A stretch of 64,000 nucleotides of DNA from Chloroflexota bacterium (GTDB taxonomy: Bacteria; Chloroflexota; UBA11872). The stretch covers positions 1,615 to 65,614 of the forward strand of contig WTFW01000063.1 of NCBI GenBank assembly GCA_011523785.1. The letters run 5' to 3'. The position numbers were made by a program, and so were the translations under genes. Under the pieces are notes generated by a model. It searched no databases and was not told where the DNA came from. It saw only the letters and a program-made list of their open reading frames with translations. This document shows positions 52,431-62,001 of this stretch, in pieces. Each line of letters begins with the position of its first letter. The stretch's first letter is position 1.

Positions 52431-53887
52431 GCGAAGAGCCCCTGATTTACGACCTTTCGAGCCCCGGCCGCCGCGGCGTGCGCCCGCCCCTGCGCCAGTT
52501 CGAGCCAGTCGACCCGTCGTCGGTCCTACCCGATTCCCAGGTCCGGTCCGACCTGCCGCTGCCGGAAGCCTCCGAAATCGACGTCATGCGCCACTTCCTT
52601 CGCCTCTCGCACAAGAACCACAGCGTGGATACCGCCATGTACCCGCTCGGGTCATGCACCATGAAGTACAACCCCAAGGTCAACGAAGTCACGGCCCGCA
52701 CCCCGGGTCTGGCCGATATCCACCCCGCCCAGCCGCCCGCAACGGCCCAGGGCGCCCTGGAGTTGATCTACGAGCTTGAAGCCTTGCTGGCTGCCATCAC
52801 CGGCTTTCCGGCCGTCTCCACCCAACCCGCCGCTGGTTCGCAGGGCGAGCTCTGCGGCCTCCTGAGCATCCTGGCCTGGCACCAGTCGCGCGGCGAAAGC
52901 CGCACGCAAGTGCTGGTTCCCGACTCGGCCCACGGCACCAACCCCGCCACTGGAACTATGAGCGGTCTGCAGGTCATCAGCCTGCCCACCGCTGACGATG
53001 GCGGCATTGACCTTCAGAACCTGGAGGAGAGCCTCGGCCCGGGCGTGGCCGCCATCATGCTCACGCTCCCGAGCACCCTCGGCCTGTTCGAACGCCGCAT
53101 CCTTGAGGTGATCGACCTGGTCCACGCCGCCGGCGCGCAGGTCTACTGCGACGGCGCCAACATGAACGCCATGCTCGGCCGCGTCCGACCGGCCGACCTG
53201 GGCATCGACGTGATGCATCTGAATTTACATAAGACGTTCAGTACGCCTCACGGTGGCGGTGGTCCCGGCGCCGGCGCCCTTGCCGTGCAGGCGCATCTCG
53301 AACCGTTTCTGCCTGGACCGCGCGTGGTTCGAAACGGCGACGCCTTCAAACTGGCGGAAGCGCCGCCCACCAGCATCGGGCGCGTGCATAGCCACCTCGG
53401 CAACTTCGGCAACCTGGTACGCGCCTACACCTACATCCGCTCGCTCGGCGCTGAAGGTCTGCGCGAGGCCGCCGACGACGCCGTGCTCAACGCCAACTAC
53501 CTGCGGGCCTCGCTGTCCGACGACTACGACCTGCCCTACGACCGCATCTGCATGCACGAAGTCGTCCTGGCCGGTACCCGTCAGCGGCGCCTCGGTGTGC
53601 GAACCCTCGATATCGCCAAGCGGCTCATCGACTACGGCATCCACCCGCCCACCATCTACTTTCCGATCATCGTGGACGAAGCCCTGATGATCGAGCCGAC
53701 CGAGACCGAGTCCCGCGAGTCGCTCGATAACTTCATTGACGTCATGCGCCGCATCGCCCGCGAAGTCGAATCCGATCCCGACAAGCTCCACGACGCCCCC
53801 GTCAACGCCCCCGTCCGCCGCCTCGACGAAGTCACCGCCAACCGCCGCCCCAACGTCCGCCGGCAATCTCCGGTTGGCGAGGTCTGA
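52427..53887 (+). CDS. gcvPB: Glycine dehydrogenase (decarboxylating) subunit 2
   Basis: The PLP lysine region (HLNLHKTFSTPHGGGGPG) is present. An ATGA overlap joins it to gcvPA. Confidence 0.93.
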   Translation: MSEEPLIYDLSSPGRRGVRPPLRQFEPVDPSSVLPDSQVRSDLPLPEASEIDVMRHFLRLSHKNHSVDTAMYPLGSCTMKYNPKVNEVTARTPGLADIHPAQPPATAQGALELIYELEALLAAITGFPAVSTQPAAGSQGELCGLLSILAWHQSRGESRTQVLVPDSAHGTNPATGTMSGLQVISLPTADDGGIDLQNLEESLGPGVAAIMLTLPSTLGLFERRILEVIDLVHAAGAQVYCDGANMNAMLGRVRPADLGIDVMHLNLHKTFSTPHGGGGPGAGALAVQAHLEPFLPGPRVVRNGDAFKLAEAPPTSIGRVHSHLGNFGNLVRAYTYIRSLGAEGLREAADDAVLNANYLRASLSDDYDLPYDRICMHEVVLAGTRQRRLGVRTLDIAKRLIDYGIHPPTIYFPIIVDEALMIEPTETESRESLDNFIDVMRRIAREVESDPDKLHDAPVNAPVRRLDEVTANRRPNVRRQSPVGEV

Positions 53888-54008
53888 CAACCCGGCGCAA
53901 CCGCTGGTGCGGGTAGGCTGAGGCCCGGGGCGGTGTCGTCCGAAGCCTTGCGGCGACCTGTCCCCACCATCGATCCATGGAGCGGCGCTGAGCCAGAGGG
54001 GAACCGCC

Positions 54009-54833
54009 ATGAAGTTTGTCCGATATCAGACGGATGCCGGGGCCGCCTACGGCTCGCTTGAGGAGGGTGGAGCTGTGAACGCCGTCAGCGGAGACATCTT
54101 CGGTGACTTTGATGTTGGTGGTCGCGTCGCGGACTATGACGACTTGAAGATCTTGGCGCCCATTGACCCACCGAAGCTGATTGGCGTTGGCGGCAACTAT
54201 CTTGAGCACCTCCACGAAGGTGGCGAGGATGTGTTCGTTCCGCAGTTCCCAATGGTGTTTCAACTCCCGTCGACATCGGTGATTGGACCAGGCGATCCCA
54301 TCGTGATTCCCGACAAGGCGGGCTTCACCCACGCCGTCAACGATCCGAGCCTGCAAGACGCACCATTCAGCCCGGTCGACTACGAATCTGAACTCGTCGC
54401 CGTGATCGGCAAGCCCTGCCACCGCATCGACCCCGAGGAAGCGCTGGACTATGTCCTTGGATACAGCTGCGGCAACGACGTGAGCGCCCGCCCGTTGCAG
54501 GTGGCGGAGATGGCCACCGGCGTTCTGATGCTGGGGAAGGGCCTGGAGACGTTCAAGCCGCTCGGTCCGGTGATTGCCACCGATCTGGATCCGACGAATC
54601 TGCGACTACGCGGTCGCCACAACGGGGTGGTCACGCAAGACACGAGCACGTCCGACTTGCTCTTCAGCGTGGCGTCACTGGTGACGTACCTGGCACAGGC
54701 GATCCGGCTCGAGCCCGGCGACTGCATCTATACGGGCACGCCCTCGGGCGGCGGATCGCTCGTGCCGGGAGACACGATCGAGGTTGAAATCGACGGCATC
54801 GGCGTCCTTGGCAATCCGGTCGTGGCGGGGTAG
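54009..54833 (+). CDS. Fumarylacetoacetate hydrolase (FAH) family protein
   Basis: The FAH fold motifs ESELVAVIGK and GTPSG are present. A Shine-Dalgarno GAGGGGAA is upstream. Confidence 0.8.
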   Translation: MKFVRYQTDAGAAYGSLEEGGAVNAVSGDIFGDFDVGGRVADYDDLKILAPIDPPKLIGVGGNYLEHLHEGGEDVFVPQFPMVFQLPSTSVIGPGDPIVIPDKAGFTHAVNDPSLQDAPFSPVDYESELVAVIGKPCHRIDPEEALDYVLGYSCGNDVSARPLQVAEMATGVLMLGKGLETFKPLGPVIATDLDPTNLRLRGRHNGVVTQDTSTSDLLFSVASLVTYLAQAIRLEPGDCIYTGTPSGGGSLVPGDTIEVEIDGIGVLGNPVVAG

Positions 54834-54842
54834 GCCGCAAGC

Positions 54843-55943
54843 CTAGGATCGACTCCCGTCCACGCGGCGTTCAGCCAACCAGTCCTCCCGGTATTCGAGG
54901 CCGAATCCGGGGCGGTCGGGAACCTGCACCATGCCGTCGACGATTCGGACAGGTTCGAGCCAACACTCGTCGTGCGTGTGACCGCTGGCTTCCAGGTAGA
55001 TGCTGTTGGTCATGGCGGCGAGAAGCTGGCAGTTGTGCTGCCAGCCGCCATGCGTGGCAATTCGGACGTTATAGGCGTCAGCCAGGGCGGCCGTCTCCAT
55101 GATCTCCATCACGCCTCCGGCGCGACGCGCGTCCGGCTGCAGAATGTCCACGCCCCGTTTCTCAAGTAAGTCGAGCACGGCGTACTTGCCGTAGACATTC
55201 TCACCGGTGGCGATGGGGACCTTGACGGCGGCGCGCAACTCGCCGTACTCGGTATTCATCCACGGGCGCAGCGGCTCCTCGTACCAGAAGATGTCGTACG
55301 GCTCGTAGGCGTTACCGCGGCGGATGGCCTCATCCACGGGGTGGATCTGGTTGGCGTCCACCATGACGTGAATCTCTGGTCCGAGGGCATCGCGAACGGC
55401 TTCGAGGCGGCGCAGGTCGTCGGCGAGGTCCGGAGCGCCGACCTTGACCTTGACGGCCCGATACCCGGCGTCGATGGCGCGCTGGCACCGGACCACCAGC
55501 TCGTCGACCGGATAGTTCAGCCATCCGACCATGCCGTAGGCCGGGATCTCGGTGCGGTACTGCCCGAGGAGTTGGGCGACTGACGCATCTCGGGCTTTGC
55601 CGAGGATGTCCCACGCGCAGTAGTCGATTACGGAGATGCCAAAGACGCCAAGTCCGCTCACGCCGAAGTATTCGGTCTGGTCGAACAGGTGTTTGCGCAG
55701 CAGGCGGGGCATGGAGGCGTCCTGTCCGACGACCAGCTTTCGCATTTCGACTTCGAACAGTTGGCGGGTTAGCTCGCCGCCGTAGCCCGAAATGCTCAGG
55801 GTGAAGGTGCCGTAAAGACCGACTTCGGTGTGCAGGCGCACGACAAGGTCGCGACCGGACGCGATTCGGTGAATGGAGTCTTCGATTACGCGTGGGGGAC
55901 CAGGCTGTTGAATGACTATGGTTTCGAGTTCAGTGATTCGCAT
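54843..55943 (-). CDS. Enolase-superfamily enzyme (mandelate racemase/muconate lactonizing enzyme family; probable sugar-acid dehydratase)
   Basis: An N-terminal capping domain and barrel-domain metal ligands are present (KVKVG..., DANQ..., EEP). The gene is convergent with the FAH gene, 9 nt apart. Confidence 0.8.
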   Translation of the reverse strand: MRITELETIVIQQPGPPRVIEDSIHRIASGRDLVVRLHTEVGLYGTFTLSISGYGGELTRQLFEVEMRKLVVGQDASMPRLLRKHLFDQTEYFGVSGLGVFGISVIDYCAWDILGKARDASVAQLLGQYRTEIPAYGMVGWLNYPVDELVVRCQRAIDAGYRAVKVKVGAPDLADDLRRLEAVRDALGPEIHVMVDANQIHPVDEAIRRGNAYEPYDIFWYEEPLRPWMNTEYGELRAAVKVPIATGENVYGKYAVLDLLEKRGVDILQPDARRAGGVMEIMETAALADAYNVRIATHGGWQHNCQLLAAMTNSIYLEASGHTHDECWLEPVRIVDGMVQVPDRPGFGLEYREDWLAERRVDGSRS

Positions 55944-56096
55944 GTGGTCTTGCCATTTCTGAACTTGCAGGCGAATCGGCGACTGGTGAGGTCTGGCAGT
56001 CTAGTCGGTCGACGTAGGTTCGCTCGTCGCCTGGCAGTGAGCTGCTGGCTTTAGGCCTGTCGGACCGGAGGACTTCCATACACGTACCAAAGCCGC

Positions 56097-57161
56097 GTGC
56101 GAGGATGTCCGCGAGCGTATTCCGGAGGCGTAACCGTGCCTGCAATTGATGTCCCGCGGGTGTCGTTCGTCGGTTCGGGCCGGATTTCGATTGACAGTGT
56201 CAGGGTGTCGGATCCCGCACCCAACCAGATTCGCGTGTGCACGACCCAGTCGCTGATCAGCGCCGGGTCGGAACGCAACAGCTTCGAGTCGCCAGACGTC
56301 GAACCCCGATCGCCCGGCTATTCGAGCGTTGGGGTGGTGGACGCGGTGGGTCGGCAGGTGGCCGGCTATCGCGAAGGCGATCGCGTCTATGCCACCTCCC
56401 CGCATCAGGGTGCGCATCTCGTGGAAGTGGATTCGCCTCGCGTAGTCGATAGGAAAGAGCATTACCCGCCTCCCAGGATTCCCGACTCGGTAACGGACGT
56501 GCAGGCCACGTTCCTTTCGCTGTGCGACGTGGCGCTGCACGGCGTTCGACGCGGGCGCCCGTACATTGGGGACTCGGTGGCGGTCTTTGGTCAGGGCGTG
56601 GTGGGTCAGCTGGTGACGCAGTTTGCGCGCATGGTGACTCCCTATCCGCTGATCGCCGTGGACTTGGTCGACGAGCGGCTGGAGCTGGCTCGCCGCAGCG
56701 GCGCGACGCACACCGTGAACGCGGGCCGAGAGGATGCGGTGGAGCGGGTGATCCACTTGACGGGCGGCGAAGGTGCGCGGGTTGTCTTCATGGTCACGCG
56801 CACGCCCGCGATCCTTCCTGATTGCATGCGAGCCACGGCGGCTGGCGGGACAGTGACGCTCACGGGGAGTCCGCCTGGCGCCGTTGAGATTCGTCTCCAG
56901 GAAGAGCTGCTACGGAAGGAATTGACGATCACCGGCACCTACCAGACGCGCCTGTATCCCCTGACGGCCTATCACATGCAACGGTGGACGCGGCCGGCGA
57001 ATCGCCTCTACATCTATCAATTGATGGGTCGCGGCGGTGTGGATGTCGATCACCTGGTGTCGCACCACGTGCCGTACACGGAGGCCCAGGAAATGTACGC
57101 CATGATCGCGCGAGGCCCGGTCGGCTGGACCGGCATCGTGCTTGACTGGAGCGACGCCTAG
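56097..57161 (+). CDS. Zinc-type medium-chain dehydrogenase/reductase
   Basis: An MDR Rossmann motif (VAVFGQGVVGQ) is present, with an N-terminal catalytic domain. The start is uncertain. Confidence 0.7.
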   Translation: MRGCPRAYSGGVTVPAIDVPRVSFVGSGRISIDSVRVSDPAPNQIRVCTTQSLISAGSERNSFESPDVEPRSPGYSSVGVVDAVGRQVAGYREGDRVYATSPHQGAHLVEVDSPRVVDRKEHYPPPRIPDSVTDVQATFLSLCDVALHGVRRGRPYIGDSVAVFGQGVVGQLVTQFARMVTPYPLIAVDLVDERLELARRSGATHTVNAGREDAVERVIHLTGGEGARVVFMVTRTPAILPDCMRATAAGGTVTLTGSPPGAVEIRLQEELLRKELTITGTYQTRLYPLTAYHMQRWTRPANRLYIYQLMGRGGVDVDHLVSHHVPYTEAQEMYAMIARGPVGWTGIVLDWSDA

Positions 57162-57220
57162 AGCCAGGCGATTCGGGCGGCGGAACCAACGTGTCGGATC
57201 CGCCGCCCGCTTCGTCCGAA

Positions 57221-58510
57221 TCAGTCTGCGGGCAGGCGCGGCATCCAGTCGGGACGCGGGAGACGGCCCTCGAAGCTGTAGTAGGGATCGTCCCGATCCA
57301 GCGGCAGTTGGACGGTCGACGCGGTGGCGGCGGACTTGTAAATCGCCCGCGTGAGCTCGACATGCTGCCGCGCGATGGTCTGGGGGAACGGGATCGGCCG
57401 ACCCTCAAGAACGCAACTGGCCCAGAGCCGGCTCTGATGCAGCTGGCTGGGGGCCTCCGGGAGGTCCTCCAGACCTTCGCCCAGGGCTTCCAGCTCGGCC
57501 ACCACGCCCGGCGTGTTGGTGGAACCGAACGAGAGCGTGTGCTTGAACACGCTCTCTCGGCCGGTGTTCAACAGGATGGTGGGCTGGCCCCAGCCCAGGT
57601 GTTCGTGGGTCACCACCATCGAGGCGTTCTGGCCTACGAATTCCCAGCGCGTCTGCTCGGTCTGGGGATGCTCGTGATGCAGCAGGGATCCCTGCACGAT
57701 GCCCACCGCCCCGTTGGCATAGCGGACCAGGGCCAGGCTGTAGCTGTCGTGCTCGATCTCACGCAGAAAGCCGCCCGAGTACGCCGTAACTTCGACGACC
57801 GGCGAGCCGAGAGCAAACAGAAATGGCTCGATCACATAGCGGCCGTGGTGAAAAACCGCGCCTCCGCCTTCGGTGTCAAACTTCCCGTGCCAGCCGCCCA
57901 TGTAGTACGACTGCTGGTGGTACCAGTTGATCTCGATCTTGGCCACGGCCAGCGGCCCCATAAGGCCGCTGCCAATCGCGCGGCGGGCGTGCTGCAGGCC
58001 TCTCGTGTATCGGCCGCCGCATTGCGAGGCGTAGGTGATCCCGGCCTCTTCGACCGCGGCCAGGATTTCGTCCGCTTCCTGCACGCTCTTGGCCATCGGG
58101 CCTTCGGTGAATACGTGCTTGCCGGCTCGCGCGGCGGCCACGACCGGCACGCCGCGGATGGGCGGAGTGGTCAGCACGGCGACGGCGTCGATCTCGGGAT
58201 CGCTGAGCAGGGCCTCGTGCCCGTCGTACGTCCGGATGTCGTTGTTGGCTGCGGCCTGGGCGTGTTCGGCCATCTGCCGGGCCGCCTCGCGCGCTTCGTC
58301 GTCTCGGGCGTTTATGGCCAGGGCGCGCTGGCGGGCGGCCTCGGCGGTGTACGCCTCGTGAATGGCCTCGGCCCGGTCCTCGGCCAGCTTGGGATACAGG
58401 TCGGCCGTGGCCACCACCTGGGCCAGGTCGGTCATCCCCGCGTAGATGTCGGTGTAGAGCCGAGAGATTCCGCCGCAGCCGATGAATCCGACTTTGAGCT
58501 TGCGGTCCAT
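57221..58510 (-). CDS. Gfo/Idh/MocA-family NAD(P)-dependent oxidoreductase
   Basis: The N-terminal Rossmann motif LKVGFIGCGGIS and a C-terminal alpha/beta domain are present. Confidence 0.8.
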   Translation of the reverse strand: MDRKLKVGFIGCGGISRLYTDIYAGMTDLAQVVATADLYPKLAEDRAEAIHEAYTAEAARQRALAINARDDEAREAARQMAEHAQAAANNDIRTYDGHEALLSDPEIDAVAVLTTPPIRGVPVVAAARAGKHVFTEGPMAKSVQEADEILAAVEEAGITYASQCGGRYTRGLQHARRAIGSGLMGPLAVAKIEINWYHQQSYYMGGWHGKFDTEGGGAVFHHGRYVIEPFLFALGSPVVEVTAYSGGFLREIEHDSYSLALVRYANGAVGIVQGSLLHHEHPQTEQTRWEFVGQNASMVVTHEHLGWGQPTILLNTGRESVFKHTLSFGSTNTPGVVAELEALGEGLEDLPEAPSQLHQSRLWASCVLEGRPIPFPQTIARQHVELTRAIYKSAATASTVQLPLDRDDPYYSFEGRLPRPDWMPRLPAD

Positions 58511-58656
58511 ATGCCTGTGCTCCAGCCGATGGGTTGGCGGGATGGTATACGAACCACGGATGCCTGGTGGCCAGGGCTAAGCGCGCTACGGCGCAGGGGC
58601 GTAGCATGCCAGCCATACCTCGGATGGACGGAACGACGGCGGAAGGAGCCGTAGGC

Positions 58657-59946
58657 ATGTCAGCACTGGCCCTGCACGGTGGATCACCCATCCGCACCGA
58701 GCCGTACAACGCGTGGCCGGAGTTCGACGAGGCCGAAATCGAGGCCGTGGTCGACGCACTGCGCACCGGCAGCTGGGCGACCGGCGAGGGTAACCGAAGC
58801 CTGACCAACTTCGAGCGGTCGTTCGCCGCCTACCAGGGCGCCGAGTACTGCCTGGCCGTGAGCAGCGGCACCAGCGCGCTGGAAATCGGGCTGCGGTCGC
58901 TGCGGCTGCCGCGGGGTTCCGAAGTCATCCTTTCGCCCTACACCTACATGGCCAGCCCCACCGCCGTGCTGAACGTGGGGCTGGTGCCGATCTTCGTGGA
59001 CATGGACCCGGAGACCTACAACATCGATCCGCACCAAATCGAGGCGGCGATAACCGACCGCTCCGGCGCGATCATGACCGTGCACTTTGGCGGGCTGGCC
59101 TGCGATATGGGTGAGGTTCTCGACATTGCGCGCCGGCGCGACCTGAAGGTGATCGAGGACGCCGCGCACGCGCACGGGTCGACGTGGAACGACCGCGGGC
59201 TCGGCACGATCGGCGACGTCGGCTGCTTCAGCCTGGGTCCCGGCAAGAACCTCACGCCCGGCGTCGGCGGCGCCGTGATGACGAACGATCTTGAGATCTA
59301 CAGGCACGCCATCGCCTATTCCGAAATGGACATTGGCGGACGGGTGATGCGCTTCGGCGAGATGGGTCTGGATACAGAGGCCGCCGAACCCGACGAGTGG
59401 TTCCCCTACAGTTCAGGCAACCGTCGTCTCGGCGGCGTGCTGGCCGCCCTGGCTAGTGCGCAACTGGATCGTTTGGAAGGGCAAACCCAGCGTCGCTCGG
59501 ACAACGGTCGGTACCTTGCCGAGCTGCTGGAAGACGTGGATGGGCTCTCATCGCGCCGCGAGGACCCCTACGTCACGCGCAACGCCAACCACCTGCACAT
59601 CGTGCGCTATGACGCGGCAGGATTCGACGGGTTACCGCGAGATCGCTTCGTCGAGGCCATGCAGGCGGAGGGCCTGGGAATCCGGGCCGGCTACCGACGC
59701 CCCATGAACCGCGCCGACCTATTTCGCGACCCCAACGGCGAACTATCCCTGGTCTGGCCCCGCGGCGACGGGCCACCGGACGTGGACTATGCGTCCATGT
59801 CGTGCCCGCACGCCGAACGCGCCTGCGCGACCGAAGACCTCTGGATCACCCAGAACATGATGCTCAGCGGCCCCAGGGCCATGGAGGAAATCGTCGACGG
59901 AGCGGAGAAGGTCCGCGACAACCTGTCGACGCTGGGCGACTCGTAG
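58657..59946 (+). CDS. DegT/DnrJ/EryC1/StrS-family PLP-dependent aminotransferase
   Basis: The true start ATG 58657 has a Shine-Dalgarno GGAAGGAG upstream. SSGTSALE and the catalytic-lysine region FSLGPGKNL are present. The upstream part of the track ORF is a shadow. Confidence 0.8.
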   Translation: MSALALHGGSPIRTEPYNAWPEFDEAEIEAVVDALRTGSWATGEGNRSLTNFERSFAAYQGAEYCLAVSSGTSALEIGLRSLRLPRGSEVILSPYTYMASPTAVLNVGLVPIFVDMDPETYNIDPHQIEAAITDRSGAIMTVHFGGLACDMGEVLDIARRRDLKVIEDAAHAHGSTWNDRGLGTIGDVGCFSLGPGKNLTPGVGGAVMTNDLEIYRHAIAYSEMDIGGRVMRFGEMGLDTEAAEPDEWFPYSSGNRRLGGVLAALASAQLDRLEGQTQRRSDNGRYLAELLEDVDGLSSRREDPYVTRNANHLHIVRYDAAGFDGLPRDRFVEAMQAEGLGIRAGYRRPMNRADLFRDPNGELSLVWPRGDGPPDVDYASMSCPHAERACATEDLWITQNMMLSGPRAMEEIVDGAEKVRDNLSTLGDS

Positions 59947-60011
59947 AGAGTCAGAGCGCCGGCTTACGCCTGTCCGTCAGCCGCGAAGTCAGTCCGACAA
60001 GGTTGTAAGCG

Positions 60012-61034
60012 TTAGCCCTTGATGCCGGTGAGGGTGATTCCCCGCACGAACTGCCGTTGCGCGAAGAAGAAGACCACGATGATCGGCATTACGGAGATCA
60101 TGGCAACGGCCATTTGCAAGGTGTGCTGTTGTTCCATGTATTGCCCGGCGGCAAAGTAGCGCAGTCCAACCGGGAGCGTAATGCGGTCGGGCGAATTCAG
60201 AACGATGAGAGGAAGAAAAAAGTCGTTCCAGTTGCCGATAAAGGCGAGCGCCGCAACGGTAGCAATTGCCGGTCTTGAGAGCGGCAGGATGACTCGAAAC
60301 AGAATCCCAAGTCGCGAGGCCCCGTCGGTACGCGCAGCCTCGTCGAGCTCAATTGGAATTGTCATAAAGAACTGGCGCAATATAAATATGTAAAAGGCGC
60401 CGCCGCCAAGTCCGGGCACAATCAGCGGCCAAAGTGTGTCTAACCAACCAAGGTCCCGGAAGATGATGACAACGGGAATGATGGTGACGTGCAAGGGCAG
60501 CATCATGGTTGAGAGCAAGACCATGAAAATGACTCGATTCCCGGGGAATTCCAGGCGAGCGAATCCATAGGCGACGACACAGCTTACGAAGGTCCCGACC
60601 GTCACACCTATGAAGGTCACAATGAACGAGTTAAATAGCCACCAAGGTACCGGATGGTGCTGCCACACATATGTGTAGTTTTCCCAGGCCGGAGGGAACG
60701 GCCAAAACAAGTCCGGGTCATAAACCTGGCTGGTCGTCATGAAGGACCAGCGAACCATGTAGATGAAAGGAATCGCATACATAATGCTGCCGCCGATCAG
60801 CAGCAGGTAGAAAAGCGCCCTGGTCAGCGCGCGCAACACTCGCACCGAGGTCGAGCGCACGGTGATCGGCTTGCCCGAATAAGCGACCGGTTGCCCTGGG
60901 GCGCCCAACGGGGCGGTGAGCCCTCCGCCTAGACTAGCTGTACCGGACGAGCTGGCCGGCTGGGCGCGTGCGGAAACCCTTGGCTGGGCAGGCGTTGGCA
61001 CGAGAGGTTCCCTTCGGGTTGGGCGATGCCTCAT
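60012..61034 (-). CDS. Carbohydrate ABC transporter permease, MalG/UgpE-type (copy 2, with low-complexity N-terminal extension)
   Basis: The EAA loop (IELDEAARTDGASRLGILFRVILP) and six transmembrane segments are present. It is about 70% identical to the upstream paralog. Confidence 0.8.
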   Translation of the reverse strand: MRHRPTRREPLVPTPAQPRVSARAQPASSSGTASLGGGLTAPLGAPGQPVAYSGKPITVRSTSVRVLRALTRALFYLLLIGGSIMYAIPFIYMVRWSFMTTSQVYDPDLFWPFPPAWENYTYVWQHHPVPWWLFNSFIVTFIGVTVGTFVSCVVAYGFARLEFPGNRVIFMVLLSTMMLPLHVTIIPVVIIFRDLGWLDTLWPLIVPGLGGGAFYIFILRQFFMTIPIELDEAARTDGASRLGILFRVILPLSRPAIATVAALAFIGNWNDFFLPLIVLNSPDRITLPVGLRYFAAGQYMEQQHTLQMAVAMISVMPIIVVFFFAQRQFVRGITLTGIKG

Positions 61035-61083
61035 CGCGAAACAGTGCCGAGCTTCGAGGTGCAGCGCACCGAGTGTTCGAACC

Positions 61084-61998
61084 TCAGCCCTTGATGCCCG
61101 TCAGTGCAATCCCGCGGATGAAGTGCTTCTGCGCGAAGAAGAACAGGATCACTACGGGCGCCACGGCGATCAGGGCAATGGCCATCTGCAGATGCAGTCG
61201 TTGCGCCTCGTACTGGCCGGCCTGCAGCCAGCGCATCCCCACGGCCAGCGTTAGCCGCTCAGAGGACTGCAAGACAATCAATGGGAAAAAGAAGTCGTTC
61301 CAGTGACTGATAAACGAGAACACCGCCACGGTCGCAATGGCCGGCTTCGACAACGGAATGATGACGGTCCAGAACACGCGCATGCGTGACGCCCCATCAA
61401 TGGCGGCCGCTTCGTCGAGTTCCAGGGGGAGTGTCAGGAAGAACTGGCGGAGCAGGAAAATGTAGAACGGGGCTCCGCCAAGCAGGGGTACGATCAGTGG
61501 CAGCAGTGTGTCCAGCCAGTTGAGTTCCCGGAAGAGAATCACCTGGGGAATGATGGTCACATGCTGCGGGAGCATCATGGTCGAAATCACGATGAGAAAC
61601 AGAATGCGATTGCCCGGAAACTTGAGCCGGGCAAAACCGAAGGCGACCAGAGCGCTGATAAAGGTCCCAACGGTTACACCGACAAATGAGACGATCGTGC
61701 TGTTGGTGATCCACCAGAGCACCGGGCCAACCTGCCACACATCCGTGTAGTTATTCCACGCGGGCGGGTTGGGGACCAGCGGCTGCGGAACCACGTAGAA
61801 CATGTCGAGGCTCATCAGCGAGGCCCTGATCATCCACAAGAAGGGAATCGCGTACATGATGCTGGCGCCGATAAGGACGGCGTAGTAGAACGTTCGCAAC
61901 AGGAGCTGCAATGCTTGGACCCGCCGGGATCTGATGGTGCGGCCGCCAGACGGGACTACCGCCGGTGCGAGGTTGCTGTCCGCAGTTCGTGCTGTCAT
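61084..61998 (-). CDS. Carbohydrate ABC transporter permease, MalG/UgpE-type (copy 1)
   Basis: The EAA loop LELDEAAAIDGASRMRVFWTVIIP is present. It starts 3 nt after the upstream permease stop. Confidence 0.85.
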   Translation of the reverse strand: MTARTADSNLAPAVVPSGGRTIRSRRVQALQLLLRTFYYAVLIGASIMYAIPFLWMIRASLMSLDMFYVVPQPLVPNPPAWNNYTDVWQVGPVLWWITNSTIVSFVGVTVGTFISALVAFGFARLKFPGNRILFLIVISTMMLPQHVTIIPQVILFRELNWLDTLLPLIVPLLGGAPFYIFLLRQFFLTLPLELDEAAAIDGASRMRVFWTVIIPLSKPAIATVAVFSFISHWNDFFFPLIVLQSSERLTLAVGMRWLQAGQYEAQRLHLQMAIALIAVAPVVILFFFAQKHFIRGIALTGIKG

Positions 61999-62001
61999 GG
62001 C

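Noticed and set aside
57191-58654. 487-aa plus-strand ORF overlapping the Gfo/Idh/MocA gene, and a 310-aa minus-strand Arg-rich ORF at 57876..58808
   Set aside because: The minus-strand 429-aa frame has an unmistakable Rossmann oxidoreductase signature. The others are shadows with extreme Arg/Gly/Pro content.
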